Below, piece by piece: positions 14,257-27,526 of a stretch of DNA of 64,000 bases. The position numbers were made by a program, and so were the translations under genes. Within the stretch, counting starts at the first letter, position 1. Each line of letters starts with the position of its first letter. The DNA is from Callorhinchus milii (lineage: Eukaryota), in NCBI RefSeq assembly GCF_018977255.1, contig NW_024704742.1, positions 54,996,001 through 55,060,000 on the forward strand, in the 5' to 3' direction. Below the pieces are notes generated by a model that was not told the origin of the DNA, did not search any database, and saw only the letters and a list, made by a program, of their open reading frames with translations.

Positions 14257-14711
14257 GCGGTGGTGGCCCTGAGAGGCAAGAACTGGTGAGCTCCTGGAGC
14301 CCTGCATTCAAGACACTGCCAAGCTTGGCAACCAATGCTGGTGTTCGCCAGATCTCCAAGCCTTCAAATGTAGTGTGGGGTATAAACAGATCAATCGGCC
14401 CTCCGGGTCTGCGCTGGTGTATTCCCCCCCAAGTGGGCCACCCAGTTTTCGTTAAAGAAAACATTAATAAATTGGGGGAGTTTTGCAACAATCCATGATG
14501 TGTTATTTCATGTGTGGCAAATGTTTCCACAATTATCTTTTGCCCATGGCTACTGTGTCGGTGGTGATGTCATGAGCAGGGATTTGCAAACTCAACTGAA
14601 TACTCGTTTGAATAGAGATTGAATGTCTGATAGAGTGTTGCCTTCATATTTGCATGGTATTGTTTCAGTCATTTACACCCCACAGTTAGAAGCAATACCA
14701 AGCTCCATGAC

Positions 14712-15103
14712 GCTATGAGCAATGATTAGATAAGCTACAGCTCTTCAGCCTTGAAAGATGACTCAGAGCAGACCTCGTAGAAATATATACAGGTTTTTAA
14801 TGGGATTGAAAAACTGAACCCAGATCAATACATTAAGACGTATCAAGGCAGTAGAAGAAGAGGAAATAGGTTTAGAGTTGTAAAGTGCAATTTCAGGATG
14901 GATACTAGGAAGTTTTTCTTCACACAGAGAGTGATCAACAAATAGAATAGGTTGTCAGGAAATGTGGTAGAGGCCAGGACACTGGACTTATTTAAAGCAG
15001 CTTGATGCTGTGAGGGGGTGGGAGCTGAAAGGGTGTGTGTGCTGGAAAGATGAAATTGGATGGGCTGAAGAACCTTCTTCATCCAGACCAATCTTGTGAT
15101 ACC
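14712..15103 (+). mobile_element. CR1 LINE 3' fragment
   Basis: gaagtttttcttcacacagagagtgatc (KFFFTQRVI) and a CR1-type 3' UTR. Confidence 0.8.
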
Positions 15104-16327
15104 AGTTAAATGATGTCTGCAGATGATGTAACTAAGAGGGAGCATGTCGATGAGGATAAGGAGGGACTGAGGTAGAGCCTTGTGGAATAGGGGTTGTGCA
15201 GTCCTACCGAGGTGGATGAAGGAAAAGAGTCAATCAAGGAGGATGGAGTGGTTAACAGTATGAAAAACAGCAGAGAGGTCAAAGAGGAATAGCTGGCAGA
15301 GGGAGCCTTGGTCACAGAGACAGTATGTTGTTCATGGCGGCACAGTGAATTTGAACTGTAACTTGCAATGCTATGATGTTATAGGATAAACCCAATCCAA
15401 GGAATCAAAGGATTTCTATGGCTTGTATTGTATAATGGTGAATAATGAACCTCCAGGACAATATATATTTCAGGTTTGTGCTTATTTCTTTTGTTTTTGG
15501 TGTTTCATAGAACATAAAACTGGTGCAAGTCAGTCAATTTGGAATTATTTATAATCAGCCAAATAGACAGTTTCAAACATAAGTTCACGGTTAGTGTGTA
15601 ATACAGTAGCATCCAAATGAAAACACAATTTCTCCCCGAGCAGGTCAATTCAAACACCTCACATATTTACTCCTGCTGACTCCCATAATCATAAAGATTA
15701 GAAAATGCTACAAGGCAGAAGAGATGGTATTAGATTAAACAGACATATCCGAGGGCCCACTGCTGGCGTCAGCACATTTTTAAATGATAGATCAATGATT
15801 CTTCTGCCTAATTTGCTTAAAACCACAAAAGAGAGCAGGTTAGAAGCTTGTTTTGTTATGTGTGTGTGTGCACTAAAAGCAGTTTATCAGCTTGATTAAT
15901 GCTTGAGTACCCATTACATTTGTTTACATTTTGGAACATTTTGGCAAATTATTGTGGGAAAATGCACAAGGGTCCAGACTGTGTGGGATCTGTTTGAACA
16001 GTGTTCTTTTGTGAAGAAGTTTTGTGGAGGCTAATAGTACACTGACTGTGATGTGAGGAGTTTCTGCTGGATCAGGAAATTCTGAAAACGAATAAGTAAA
16101 TTTAGTTTTCTTTGTGAAAAAAAATGTTTTGGGAGGAAAATCTCAATCAAATCACCATCTAAGAGCACCACCTGCTTCAGAATTAGGATGACCTGCATCA
16201 CCAGTTGCAATAAACTTTTATGTTATGTCCACAGATTATTTTTTAATAGAAATTGCATACTTCCAACATTTAGTTTAAAAAGCAATTAATTCAGAGAAAT
16301 AGATGAATTTTGATGGGACTTTGAATA

Positions 16328-16660
16328 AGCTGACACTCCGAAACATTGCTGAGGAAGTGCTGCATTGATGGAGGTGCCATCCTTTTGGATGAAATGTTAA
16401 AACCTCTGCCTGTTCAGGTAAATGTTAAAAATCCTACAGCACTATTCAAAAAGAGAAGGGAATTTCTTGCAGTGTTCTGGCCAATAATCCGCTACATAAA
16501 ATTGGTTATGCATTTCAGCCTATTTGTGAGACACTGTTATACTCAGTTTGGCCGCTGCTTTCATATACAAATACACAGACACTACATTTTACAGTAAATC
16601 CTCCCACCAAGTAGTAAAAGCTCCCAACAAGAAAGACACTAAGCAAGGATAATTATTATT
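16328..16660 (+). mobile_element. Deu-domain SINE (SacSINE1/AmnSINE1-like)
   Basis: gtgctgcattgatggaggtgccatccttttggatgaaatgttaaa...gttcaggtaaatgttaaaaatcc...gcactattc matches the Deu domain as I recall it. Confidence 0.7.
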
Positions 16661-16914
16661 GTTGTTGAGTATAACATTTTAATCTGCATCTATGAAAGCT
16701 GCAATATTTTATTCTGGTTGATTCAATTATTGCATTGATATTGACATTTTATTTTCAATTTTGAATGAGTTAATTTTTGTATTTTGCCCTTCTGTATAAA
16801 ACTATTGCACAGTTCACTCTTGTTCACTAACTGTGATCAACTCATAACTGGTGGAGAAGCTGCAATGTGAATAAAGTTTGTTGTTTTCAATACTTTTTTC
16901 TAACTTTTTTGGGA

Positions 16915-17600
16915 GTGAACCAATCCATTCATTCATCATGTCTAAGCTTCACTACAACAACTTTCTGTTTATCAGACTACACAACTCTTGCCTTCACAAG
17001 CTGCAGACTATCCAGAATTCTGCAGTTTGTATGCTTTCCCGCACTAGGTTCCGTGAGCCTATCGCCCCCATCTTCACAGGCTCCTCATCCCCCATCACAT
17101 CAAGTTCAAGAACCTCATCTTCACCTTTAAATCCCTCCAACGTCTTGCTCCACCCTATCTCTGTGACCTTCTCAAACTTTATCAACTCGCCGGCTCCGTT
17201 CATTTGGCAGTCACTGTTCTGCTTCACGTTTTCCTTACTACGTTCCCCCTCCCCACCTCCACACCATCTGCCTATCTATTATCCCCACTCTGGAACTCCA
17301 TCCCAGAGTCTCTATGACTTGCCTTTCCTCACCTCTTTCAAGGTGGGTCTGAAGAGCTTCCCCTTTGACTGTGCTTTTGGTCATCCTTCCAGAATATCCG
17401 TCCTACTGTCTTTCCATCACAACATCAAGCTGCTCATTAAATGAGTCTGACGTGGTGGCTTCAACCACTCTTCCTGGCAACTTGCTCCAATCATTAACTA
17501 CCCTCTGGGTAAAGAAACATTTCTTGGTGTGTATCCTGAAATTGCTCTTTGCAACTCTTAAATGTACGTCCTCATGTTCTACAGCCTTGGTTACTTCTAA
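16915..17600. mobile_element. L2 fragment (+) followed by a CR1 fragment (-)
   Basis: LHKLQTIQNSAV on the + strand; KCFFTQRVVNDWSKLPGRVVEA on the - strand. Confidence 0.8.
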
Positions 17601-17825
17601 AGTGTACAATTCCTCAACTGAGAGGACTTGCAGGGGTAAGTAAATCTGAAGCAGGAGCAGTGTGCCAGTTCCTGCAGGCATAGATGAGCTTCCTCTCCCT
17701 TATTGGAGTTTTTCTCTCCCTCCTACCTGCCTGCTTCATGTCTCCCCAGGACAACACAGATGAGATAAGAAATATTTTAGCTGTGAGTCCACACTGCTTT
17801 TGTCGCGATGGCAACACATTTCTTA

Positions 17826-19030
17826 AACGACAACAACAAAAAGATTACATTTGTATAGCGCCTTTCATCCCAAGGCGCTGGACAGTGTACAGCATTTCAG
17901 ACCCAAGCTGACGTTGGGGGGGGTAAGGGAGGAGAGGGGAAGAGGGGTGGCCGATGGCATAGTCGAAGAGGAGGGTCTTAAGGCGGGACTTGAAGGAGGC
18001 TAAGGAGGGGGTGAGGCGGAGTGATTGGGGGATGGAATTCCAGAGGTTGGAGCTGAAGTCTCTCCCGCCAATGGTGAAGTGGGTGGGTCGAGGGACGTGG
18101 AGTAGACCGGAGCCGGCTGTGCGGAGGGGGTGGGTTGGTAAGGGGTTAGGAGGTCACAGAGGTAGGGTGGGGCAAGGCCATGGAGGGCTTTGTATGTGAG
18201 GATCAGGATCTTGAACTGGATCCTCTGAAGAATAGGGAGCCAGTGGAGTCGGGCGAGAGTGGGGAAGGTGGGGTCACTGAGTTTGGTGCGGGAGAGGACA
18301 CGGGCTGCAGAGTTCTGGATTATCTGCAGCCTGTGGAGGGAGGAGTTGGGAAGGTCGACAAGCAGGGCATTTGCATAGTCGAGCCTGGAGGTGATGAAGG
18401 CATGAATAAGAGTTTCAGCAGTCTGAGGTAATGGTGGAGTCGGGCGATGTTACGGAGGAGGGAAAGGCAGAGCGGGTCATGGCTTGAATGTGGGGGAGAA
18501 AAGACAGTTGAGGGTCGAACAAGACACCGAGGTTCCTTGGTGAGTTGTAGTGTGCAACCATGGAGGTTGATGCTGCCAGAGCCTGAGGTGCTGAGGCGCT
18601 GGCGAGAGCCAATCAGGAGGACCTCAGTCTTGTTCACATTCAACTTAGGAAATTTGCCCTCATCCAGGACTTGATGTCCGACAGACAGTCTGTCAGGACA
18701 GCAGTGTTCCTGGAGTTGAGGGTGGAGGCAGAAAGATAGAGTTGGGTTTCATCCGCATATATGTGGAAGTTAACCACATGTCTGCGGATGATCTCACCAA
18801 GGGGGAGCATGTAGATATTAATGAGGTGAGGGACAAGGACAGAGCCCTGGGGGACGCCAGACCTGACAGTGCGGCGGTGGAGGAGAAACCATAAGAGGCA
18901 ACGAAGTGGAGACAGTCAGAGAGATAGGAATCGAACCAGGCAAGGGCAGGTCCGTGAAGATTGAGTAAAGCGGAGAGGCGGTGTATGAGGATGGAGTGGT
19001 CGACAATGTCGAAGGCGGCAGAGAGGATGG
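17826..19030 (-). mobile_element. 5'-truncated, decayed L2-clade LINE (C-terminal part of RT, 3' UTR and (TTG)n tail)
   Basis: The minus strand encodes [19 protein letters not shown] and [13 protein letters not shown] with frameshifts. The tail is at 17826. Confidence 0.9.
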
Positions 19031-20945
19031 ATATTTAACGGAGTAGTCATGCAGCTTTAAATGTCATAAAATGGATAAGGTGTTTGTTTCTCTCAGTTAC
19101 CCAGTGTTTTATGAAATGTGTCCAGTAAACAAATTTTGTACAAAATTTCCCAATGTGACATCTGCCCACAGACCATTGTTCTAACTTACGGAAATTATTC
19201 TTCAACAGAACATTTATTGGCATTTTGACTCTGAAAGCATATTATTTTCTGCTTGTCAGTAAATTTATGATGGGACTTTCCATTATTTTGTGTGTTTTTT
19301 AACTGCAAAGTCTCCTTGATTCAGTGGGGATTTGGCATTCATTGTGGGTGGATTTGTAAGTGTGAACCTGTATCCTACGAGTCTGTTGCAGAATTTTTAA
19401 AAGATCAGTTAATATATTCTGTTTCACAAATTGTCCTTTCTATCTAGATTCTCACGGTTTTCCCTTCAGTCAGACATTTGTATTGCGCTTAAATATTTGT
19501 AAGATAAATTTTGTGCTCAGTAAGCAAAATACTCTGAATAAAAATTGCTCAAAGGCCTGCATTGATCTTTCATTTGCTGACTGCTAACTGCATTTCTTGC
19601 AGGTTGCAATAGCAAATTAATAACAGCAAGTAACCCGTTGTCAAGAGACAAGAAGATTGTTAAGCAATTGCGCATAATTTATTACAGGAATGAAATTAAT
19701 GTTGTTGTATAATTTTCTGAAAGTGGATTCTGAGGTTGTGTTTTACTGCTGTAACAATATCTAATATCTGTGAAGCCTATCCTCCTTGCGGGGAGAAGGA
19801 AGAGGGGTCTCCTTGGACCTGAGTTGGTCCCAAGGTAAATTGCAGGGCAATGGAATTTTGGATTTGAGTTCAATCTCTGTGGTAATCTTGGTAATCTGGT
19901 TCCTGAGCCAAGTGGGTCCACAGTACTCAAGGACACTGCTGATGACAGTCCAGGCAACTTCTCACTCAGCTCCTATTAGCCCTGCTCTCATTGGCAAGGG
20001 ATCCAGTTTCACTAGTTCAGCTAGTTAAACTCCAGCAGTATACCTTGCTCAGAGAACTCTGCTGGCTTATGTGGGAGATGACCATTCCTCTTTTTTGTAA
20101 TCATTCCTCACTTTGAGCACAGACGTTTACAAAAAAAAACAATATTCAGTTTGTAAATTTGTTTGCAGGTTATTCAACTTGTATGACTCAAAACCAATAG
20201 ATGAAACCTTTTCTGTAGTATACTTTGGTTGAATCCTCATGTAGTTCCACAACGTTATTTTACAAGAACTTCTACCAATCGGGGCCTCGGGATGCTGGAA
20301 CATGGTTTTAAATAGCATAGTTTACAGGAATTGAGTTGTTTGATCCTGAAATGGACAAAATTGGTAGCTTGTTTCAAGGGTGTGGAATTCTGTTTCTATT
20401 TCTGAAGGGATTTTACAATAGAGAATTCCTGATAGAATTTAAACCATGAAATCAGTTGAACAGCTTTTATTTATAGAAACAACAAATTGACTACTAAATA
20501 TAAGTGATGTGTAAACTCAAGGGATCCATATCATATGGGAGGTATATTTTAATCTACACACTTTTAGAAAAAAATTAGAAGTGTTGCATTTCAAAACGTT
20601 ACAGATACCTGGCAGTAAACTGGTTGGAAATGTTCTTGTTCTGATTGAAGTAACAGTGCTTTACAAATTGGTCAGAAAACAAGGTGACTCCCCACTTAGG
20701 AACATGCTGAAAAAGTATTACAGTAATCAAAATGTTGTCCAATTAAGAGTATAAAACTGTAGTGCAGAATCAACCAATGGATCAGTCAGTGTTGAATCTC
20801 CTGGTTGTAGGATAATTTGGATCCACCTCCACTCTTAATTCCATGTTACTGTCTCTTCCGACAGTCAGCCTGTCAGACGTCGAGTCCGGTCAGTCACTAA
20901 GTGCTGCCTCCCTCCGCGATCGGGCTCCCACTCACTTTGTAAAGT

Positions 20946-21345
20946 GGAGTCCTGTAGCTCAGTTGTTAGAGGACTTGGCTGCCGTGTTTTGCCCACAAAT
21001 ATATAGTCACTCCACTTTACAGTATGTTGTGTGAAGCTCTTCGAGATGTCTTGAAGACGTGAAAAGCACTATATCAATTGCAAGGAATATTATTATTATT
21101 AAGGCACTCTGATTAAACAGAGTGTCAAATGTTCCCCTTCACCTTAACGCTATTACTTGATAGCAATAATAATAAATATTCCTTTCATTTGATATAGAGC
21201 CTTATCACGTCTTCGAGACATCTCAAAGCGCTTCACAGAATATCCTGTAAAGTGAATTGATTGTATGTTTTGTGGGCGGAATGCAGGAGCCAATTGCACA
21301 CAGCAGTATCCCACAAACAGTTGTAGATTGAGTGACCAATTTTTT
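20946..21345. mobile_element. Tail-to-tail inverted SINE pair
   Basis: A + copy at 20946-21100 (head fused to tail by internal deletion) and a - copy at 21165-21345. Confidence 0.8.
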
Positions 21346-22341
21346 TGCCCAATGCCGGGAGTGGTAAATGTAAAACTCTCAACTTTTCAGACATAATTTG
21401 CATCTACCGCTGCATAAATATTCTGTAAAAATACATTTTACACTTCATGGCATTGCACAATATTTAATTAAAATGGAATGAAAATGGTGCCATGCTCATG
21501 AGGCTCGTGGCACAGTTAACCTTCACCACTGCTACTTGTGTTCATGTTAAATTGTAATAAATAATCCTTCATTTGGAGAGGACAAGTTTGCAGGGCTATG
21601 TGGAGAGAGCAGGGGAGTAGGATTGATTTGGACAACTCTTTTAAAAGAGCCGGCACAGACACGATGAGCTGAATAGCCTCCTTCTGTGCAGCATAATTTT
21701 ATGATAGAAAGGAAGAGTGCCTCAAAGTGCTTCAGAACGTACAGGGAAGTGTAGTGACTATGCATTTACAGGTGAATGTGACTGCTGATCTGCCCACGGT
21801 AATGTCCAGAAATGGCCATGAAGTGAACGACTAATTTTGATTTGGGAGATTGTTGGTCAGCAAATCAGGAGAATCTCCCTTCAATTTTTGAACAGTACCA
21901 TAAAATCTTTAATGTTCATCTGACCAGGCAGACTGGACTTCGGTTTAACATCTCATGCGAAGGACATTTATATTTAGAGATTTATAGCAACATAGGGAAA
22001 CAGAAAGCAGCATTCCATTTTCACTTTACAGTATATTCTGTGAAGCACTTTTAAACCTCTCAAAGACATGATAAGGTGCTATATTAAATGCAAGGATTAT
22101 TATTATTCAGCCAATTGAGCCTGCTCCACATCTTGGCAGATTGTTCAATCCCTATGTCATGTTCTTTCACCACACCCTTCAATGCTTCTATATGGGAAAG
22201 GTAATAATAGCAAATAATACTTTCCTGAATACTTATGAATCGAAAATGTGAAACATTTGATCTGGAGTGTAAACACAGCCTACATTTACCTTAAAGCATT
22301 TATACTCCTCCACCACTCTCCCTGCCACTTTTGCTACTTTT

Positions 22342-22669
22342 GGAATCCTGTAGCTCAGTGGTTTGAGCACTCGCTTTGCAAGCGAGAGACCTGAGTTCAA
22401 TTCCAGGCAGAGGGCGAAACCTTGGGCAAGTTTCCTTACTCCACACGCCTAATAATAATCCCTCCAAAAACCAAAACAGTAATAAATTGGTTATTTTAAA
22501 TCTACGACTGTTTGTGGGACATTGCTTTGCGCAATTGGCTGCCGCGTTCGCCCACAAATATACAGTCAATTCACTTTACAGTGTGTTCTGTGAAGTGCTT
22601 TGGGACGTCCTCCCGACGTGAAAAGCGCTATATCAAATGCAAGGATTATTATTATTATTATTATTATTA
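22342..22669 (+). mobile_element. tRNA(Ala-like)-derived SINE, near full length
   Basis: tagctcagtggtttgagc A box, tcgctTTGCAagcga anticodon arm, gttcaattcc B box, (TTA)n tail. Confidence 0.88.
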
Positions 22670-23853
22670 CTTACTGTATAACAACCAGTATAAAGCTTCA
22701 GGTGGATTATTTTTCTTGAAGGTGTTTGATTCCTCTTTTTTCTACTAGGGAGCAGCTCTGGTTGCTGACAGCTAGGCTCGCCCAAGTGACACAGTGTTTT
22801 TAGGTGTAAACTTTGACAGTGAATATCAAGCAGGAATTTCAACCACTGGTGTGTCGCAGTCAAGCCTGATCTTGAACTCACCTGATATTCAAACACACTG
22901 TGATCCCAGCAGAGAGTGAGTGGATAGCAATCAGGAACAGGAACACTGCCCACTTTTCCTGCTGAGCCCAGTGGTTTTGCACAGACTGACCTCACATTCA
23001 GCACAGACCAGGAATTAAATCTGGGAATATCCTGCTCAATGGCTCCAGGAACTCATGCCATCAACTCACCAAACCAACAGGTAACCCTTATCCAAATGAT
23101 TTGAATCCTGCAAAGTTGAGGGGTGTATTAAGTGTAATTGAACTATATTTGATCGTGTCAGTAAAATCACAGCTGTGACCTGTTGAGTAGTTTTATATAC
23201 AGTGTCCAACATGAGACTGATTTCCAAAGCACGACTTTGAAAAGCCAACAATTACTTTGTGGTACGAATCCCGACCATTTTTAGAAGGACATAATGTAAA
23301 AGTAGCATTGAAGTTCAGAAACCTTTGCAGCTTATCACACATTCAATTTGAAAGTGCTTCCAAGCTGTGACTTGCAGCAAACAAGAAGAATCCTTGTATT
23401 GGATATAGCATCTCTCACGTTGGTTAGACGACCCGAAGCTTAGCACGGGATTTACATTAAAAGGTAGTGACTGTTTTTTTTTTGCAGGCAAACAGGAATA
23501 CTGGAAGGGCTGGAGAGATATTTTGACACAGTGGACATATAATTCTTCCTTCTTTTCTCACCCTTTTCATACAAATGGATTTCAAAGAGATTGGTGTGAG
23601 TGCTTTTTGGGTCACTGCTGCAATTGCTCCAATTAGCTGTGTTTCTTCTGTCAGTACAAATAGAGGGAGATGTAGACCTGATGCTGATACAGTAGTTATT
23701 CAAACTTCACAGTTCCCTACTGTATCTCAGTCCTCAATTGCTGTGCCATCGTATTTGATCGGATACCACAAATACAGGCAGATCTGGTAAGGATTTCTTT
23801 TTAAACAAAGTTATTTCAGTTATTTTTTTAGGCAGGAGACTGAAAGTGTTTTA

Positions 23854-24754
23854 ATTTGGTCGCATCCCCTGATGCACAACACGATTTCTGCAGTGAATAA
23901 ACACTTCTGCTTCTCTCTCTCTCTCTCTCTCCCTCCCTCCATCCCCTGGCTTGGTGTCAAACTATACCATTCTTAAGTGCTCTGCAACGCTTTCCCAGTG
24001 AAGGGCCCTATGTGAATGCAGGTTGTTGTTGTTGTGAAGTTGCCCTGGTAGAATGGAGTTCCCTTTCAAGTGTTTTTCTCTTTTTGTCATACTAGAAAAT
24101 CTGGCTATTTTTTTCCCTTTGAAATGCATTGTGTGAGGCTTCTATCCTGGGTTCTTCATCACAAATGTTTATTTGTTTTTTTTACTGTTGAAGTGACAAC
24201 CCTGATCATTACATTTATGTAGCTTTGTCTCACTATCCCATCAATCTGGATCTTTGTAACTATGGCAGAGGATATCGGCTTTCAGATTGATGAACATTTT
24301 AACAAACTGAGAAAGAATGTTGAAAGATCCTCGGTGCTCTTTTATTGATAAAGCACAATGACAATATAATATCCTCAATATTTGCCCTGTTTGCTTTGAC
24401 AGAAGGCTGTCTCGGACTAGACAATAGATCAAAGGTTTATGGACTGCTCTCTGGGGTTGAGGTGGCCTCTGTTTAATAAGCATGAACTGAACAAACTTGA
24501 CAATGTTGGTAGACATTGAGTTCCACTGAGACGATTCATATAAACAGTTGACATAAAATGTATTCTGCGTTGTCTGACTGTCTCAATGAACGTCAAGTGA
24601 TTTTAAATATTTGTTCAGAATTTTTTAAAATGCTCTTTTATTGTATTGTTTTCTGAGGAGCTGTATAAGAAGTAGGAGTTGCAGGAAATGTCAGAGAAAA
24701 TGATTACTTAATGACTGTTTTGACCTTGTTGTGCATCAGGGGATGCGACCAAAT
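23854..24754. repeat. Perfect 28-bp inverted repeat bracketing about 845 bp
   Basis: atttggtcgcatcccctgatgcacaaca at 23854-23881 and its exact reverse complement at 24727-24754. Confidence 0.92.
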
Positions 24755-24781
24755 CATGTGGCCATTGAATTTCTAAACTCA

Positions 24782-25195
24782 TAATAATAATAGCCCTTGC
24801 ATTTGATATAGCATCCTATCACATCTTCGAGACCTCTTAAACTCAAAACACTAGGAATTATTGTATGACTTTGTATTTGTAGGCGAAAATGGCAACCAAT
24901 TTGCAATGTCACAGAAAACAGCCATGAATATATGATTCATTTTATCTGAAGGATTGTCAGGACACCGGGAGAAAGGCACTTTTCTTTTCAAGTAGTGCCA
25001 TGAGATCCTTTAAACGTCCAGCTGAACAGCTAAGTAGGACCTCAGTTTAACATCTGATCTGAAGGATGGTAGCTCTTACAATTAAACACTCTCCTACCAT
25101 TGCATGGAAGTGTCAGCCTAGACTATATGAGGTCAAAGACCCGAGGTGCGGCTTGACCTCAAAACCTTGAGGCAAGACTGTTACCAACTAAGAAT
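24782..25195 (-). mobile_element. Deu-domain SINE
   Basis: Reverse complement of the family at 27527 and 44162. Confidence 0.7.
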
Positions 25196-25535
25196 TCGAA
25201 ACATTCGTCAGAGCCACATTATTTTAATCACCTTTCCTGGTATTGTGTTATATCCTGTGAACACTTTGAGACATCCTTTTGATGTGAAACACACAATATC
25301 AAATGCAAGGATTATTATTATCATTATTTTCAAATGTTAATCTATAGAGGGGTTTATTCGCTCCTATAAATTTGAACAGTGGGAAATTTGAAATTATCCC
25401 TCTAGACCATCATCTGACCACTGAAAAAAGCAAAAACACCTTAAAAATACCTAAAAGTGCTTTAATTGTTCAATAAGGTTTGTAAAATTTGACTATTCAG
25501 AAAGCAAGGATGTGCTTTCTATTGGGGTATTCTGT

Positions 25536-25909
25536 GGGGTCCTGTAGCTCAGTGGTTAGAGCATTCACCTCGCAAGCGACAGACCTCGGTTCAATTTCTG
25601 GCAAGGCAAAATGTTAGACACGTTTTGTTACTTCTCAAGCCTCTGTTTAGCTAGCAGTAAGTGGGAACTTGGGTGTTAGTTGATTGGTGGATCACTTTTC
25701 CGGGGATAATAATCCCTCAAGAAAAAAAACAATAATAATTTGGTCACTTAGTCCACGACTGTTTGTGGGACACTGCTGTGCACAATTGGCTGCTACGTTT
25801 TGCCCACAAATATACAGTCAATTCACTTTACAATATATTTTGTGAAGCGCTTTGAGACGTCTAGAAGACATGAAAAGTGCTATATCAAATGCAAGGATTA
25901 TTACTATTA
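25536..25909 (+). mobile_element. tRNA-derived SINE, full length
   Basis: ggggtcctgtagctcagtggttagagc head, complete body, and gcaagga(tta)n tail. Confidence 0.9.
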
Positions 25910-26372
25910 CCACTGCACACAAATCATGAAAAGGCAGATAAATTAATTATGTGGAATAGATGTATTTACGCCCTCAATCAAAATCTACAAGGAAGAATAA
26001 AAAATAAGGTCTAAGAGAGAAACAGTCCAGGCAGTTGCCTCTTGACAAGGCAACCCAATGGATGTTTGTATTTCAGCGCTTTGGGACATCCTCCCGACGT
26101 GAAAGGCGCTATACAATGTAATCTTGTTGTTGTTGTATCTTGACTTTTGCATTTGTGGGACCTTGTCTCAGCAGAGAAGTCATTCTTCTTGAGTTTTTGG
26201 GACAGTCAGAGCAGTCAGTTTATGCTAAAGGGTGGAAGTGAAGAAACTCTTGTTTTGCCAGGCCATAGGAGAGATAAACCCTTCCACTACCTTTTTTGGT
26301 GACAAATGCACATTGCTGAAAGTCAGATGTAATAATTTCCCTGAAGTATACAGCACTTATAAGAAATACATA

Positions 26373-26765
26373 CGCGGTTACGCGGGGACCTGATACAGGT
26401 CTTCAAGATCATGAAAGGTTTCGACAGGCTAGATAAGGCAAAGCTGTTTCCGCTGGTAGGTGTGTCTGACCAGTGGTCACAGTCTTAAGATATCTACCAA
26501 AAGAAGCAGAAGGGAGGTTAGAAGAAATTTTTTCACTCAGCGAGTTGTTTGAATTTGGAAAGATCTGCCTGAAAGGGTAGTGAAGTCCAATTCGATAACA
26601 GCTTTTAAGAGAGAGCTGGATAGGTATCTGGGGAAGACGGGTTTGCAGGGTTATGAGGAGAAAGCTGGTGATTGGGGTTAGTGAAAGTGACTTGCTCTGT
26701 CAAAGAGCCGGCACAGACTCGATGGGCCGAATGGCCTCCTTCTGTGCCGTAATATTCTATGAATA
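26373..26765 (+). mobile_element. CR1 LINE 3' end, well preserved
   Basis: RGDLIQVFKIMKGFD...RNFFTQRVV, then gggccgaatggcctccttctgtgccgtaatattctatg. Confidence 0.9.
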
Positions 26766-27526
26766 TGTGTTCATTGGTCAATGATCTAAACAGCAGACCT
26801 TTGAGAACTGAATCATGTAGTGAAAAACCTGTTCTAGTTAGTCAATTCTTCAAGGGCTCAGTGATAAGTGATATGCAATACACAGTATACTGTATACTGT
26901 ATGTACATATATTGTATATATATTGTATACTGCAATTACTCAATCTTATGGATTCGAGTATTGACAAGAGAAGGTAAAAACACTAACATATTTTGAGAGT
27001 TGGTATGATAACCACATTATTTTTCACAACCATTAGTTCCAATTAATGCAGATACTGGACCTCCTGCATTGTGTGGCATTCATATTTTATTCATTATTTT
27101 GAAACTATTAGTATAATAAAGGACTTTATCTTTGCCATTTTGGTCCCTCAATATGGAAGGACACTATCTGGCACTAAATAGCTAATTAGCAATATCTCCA
27201 AGTGGAGTCAACACATTTACACTGAATGAGGACTATATATATATATATAGAACACTATCGTCAGCCAGAAATAAGTGGGTGTCTTATGAATGTGTTTTCA
27301 CAAGTAAACCAAGCATTGCAAATAAAGTGGTGAAACGTGTTAGTAATAGCTAAAGTGATCGCAAATATCGCAAGTACTGTGAGCACTTTGTGTTGCCATG
27401 CCACCCATTTTTGAGCGTAAGAGTTTTGTTTATAACCACTTCATACATATTCTATTGCAGGCTAGGGCACACCTGATCCAGGAGCATCAAACCACTCACC
27501 ATATGTTCCTCCTACAGGAGCAGATT

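Noticed and set aside
13835..14530. Longest ORF in the track (231 aa, minus strand)
   Set aside because: It is open mainly because it crosses the (CAGA)n/(CA)n microsatellite; it has no recognisable domain.
15750..16100. Forkhead-like TGTTTAC/TGTTTG cluster as a liver promoter; also an isolated NF-kB-like GGGATTTCC at 4050
   Set aside because: Such short motifs are expected by chance in AT-rich DNA, and there is no clear core promoter or strong donor.
22342..22410. tRNA-Ala-like sequences (also 25536 and 46497)
   Set aside because: They are SINE heads with no proper acceptor stem and run directly into the SINE body.
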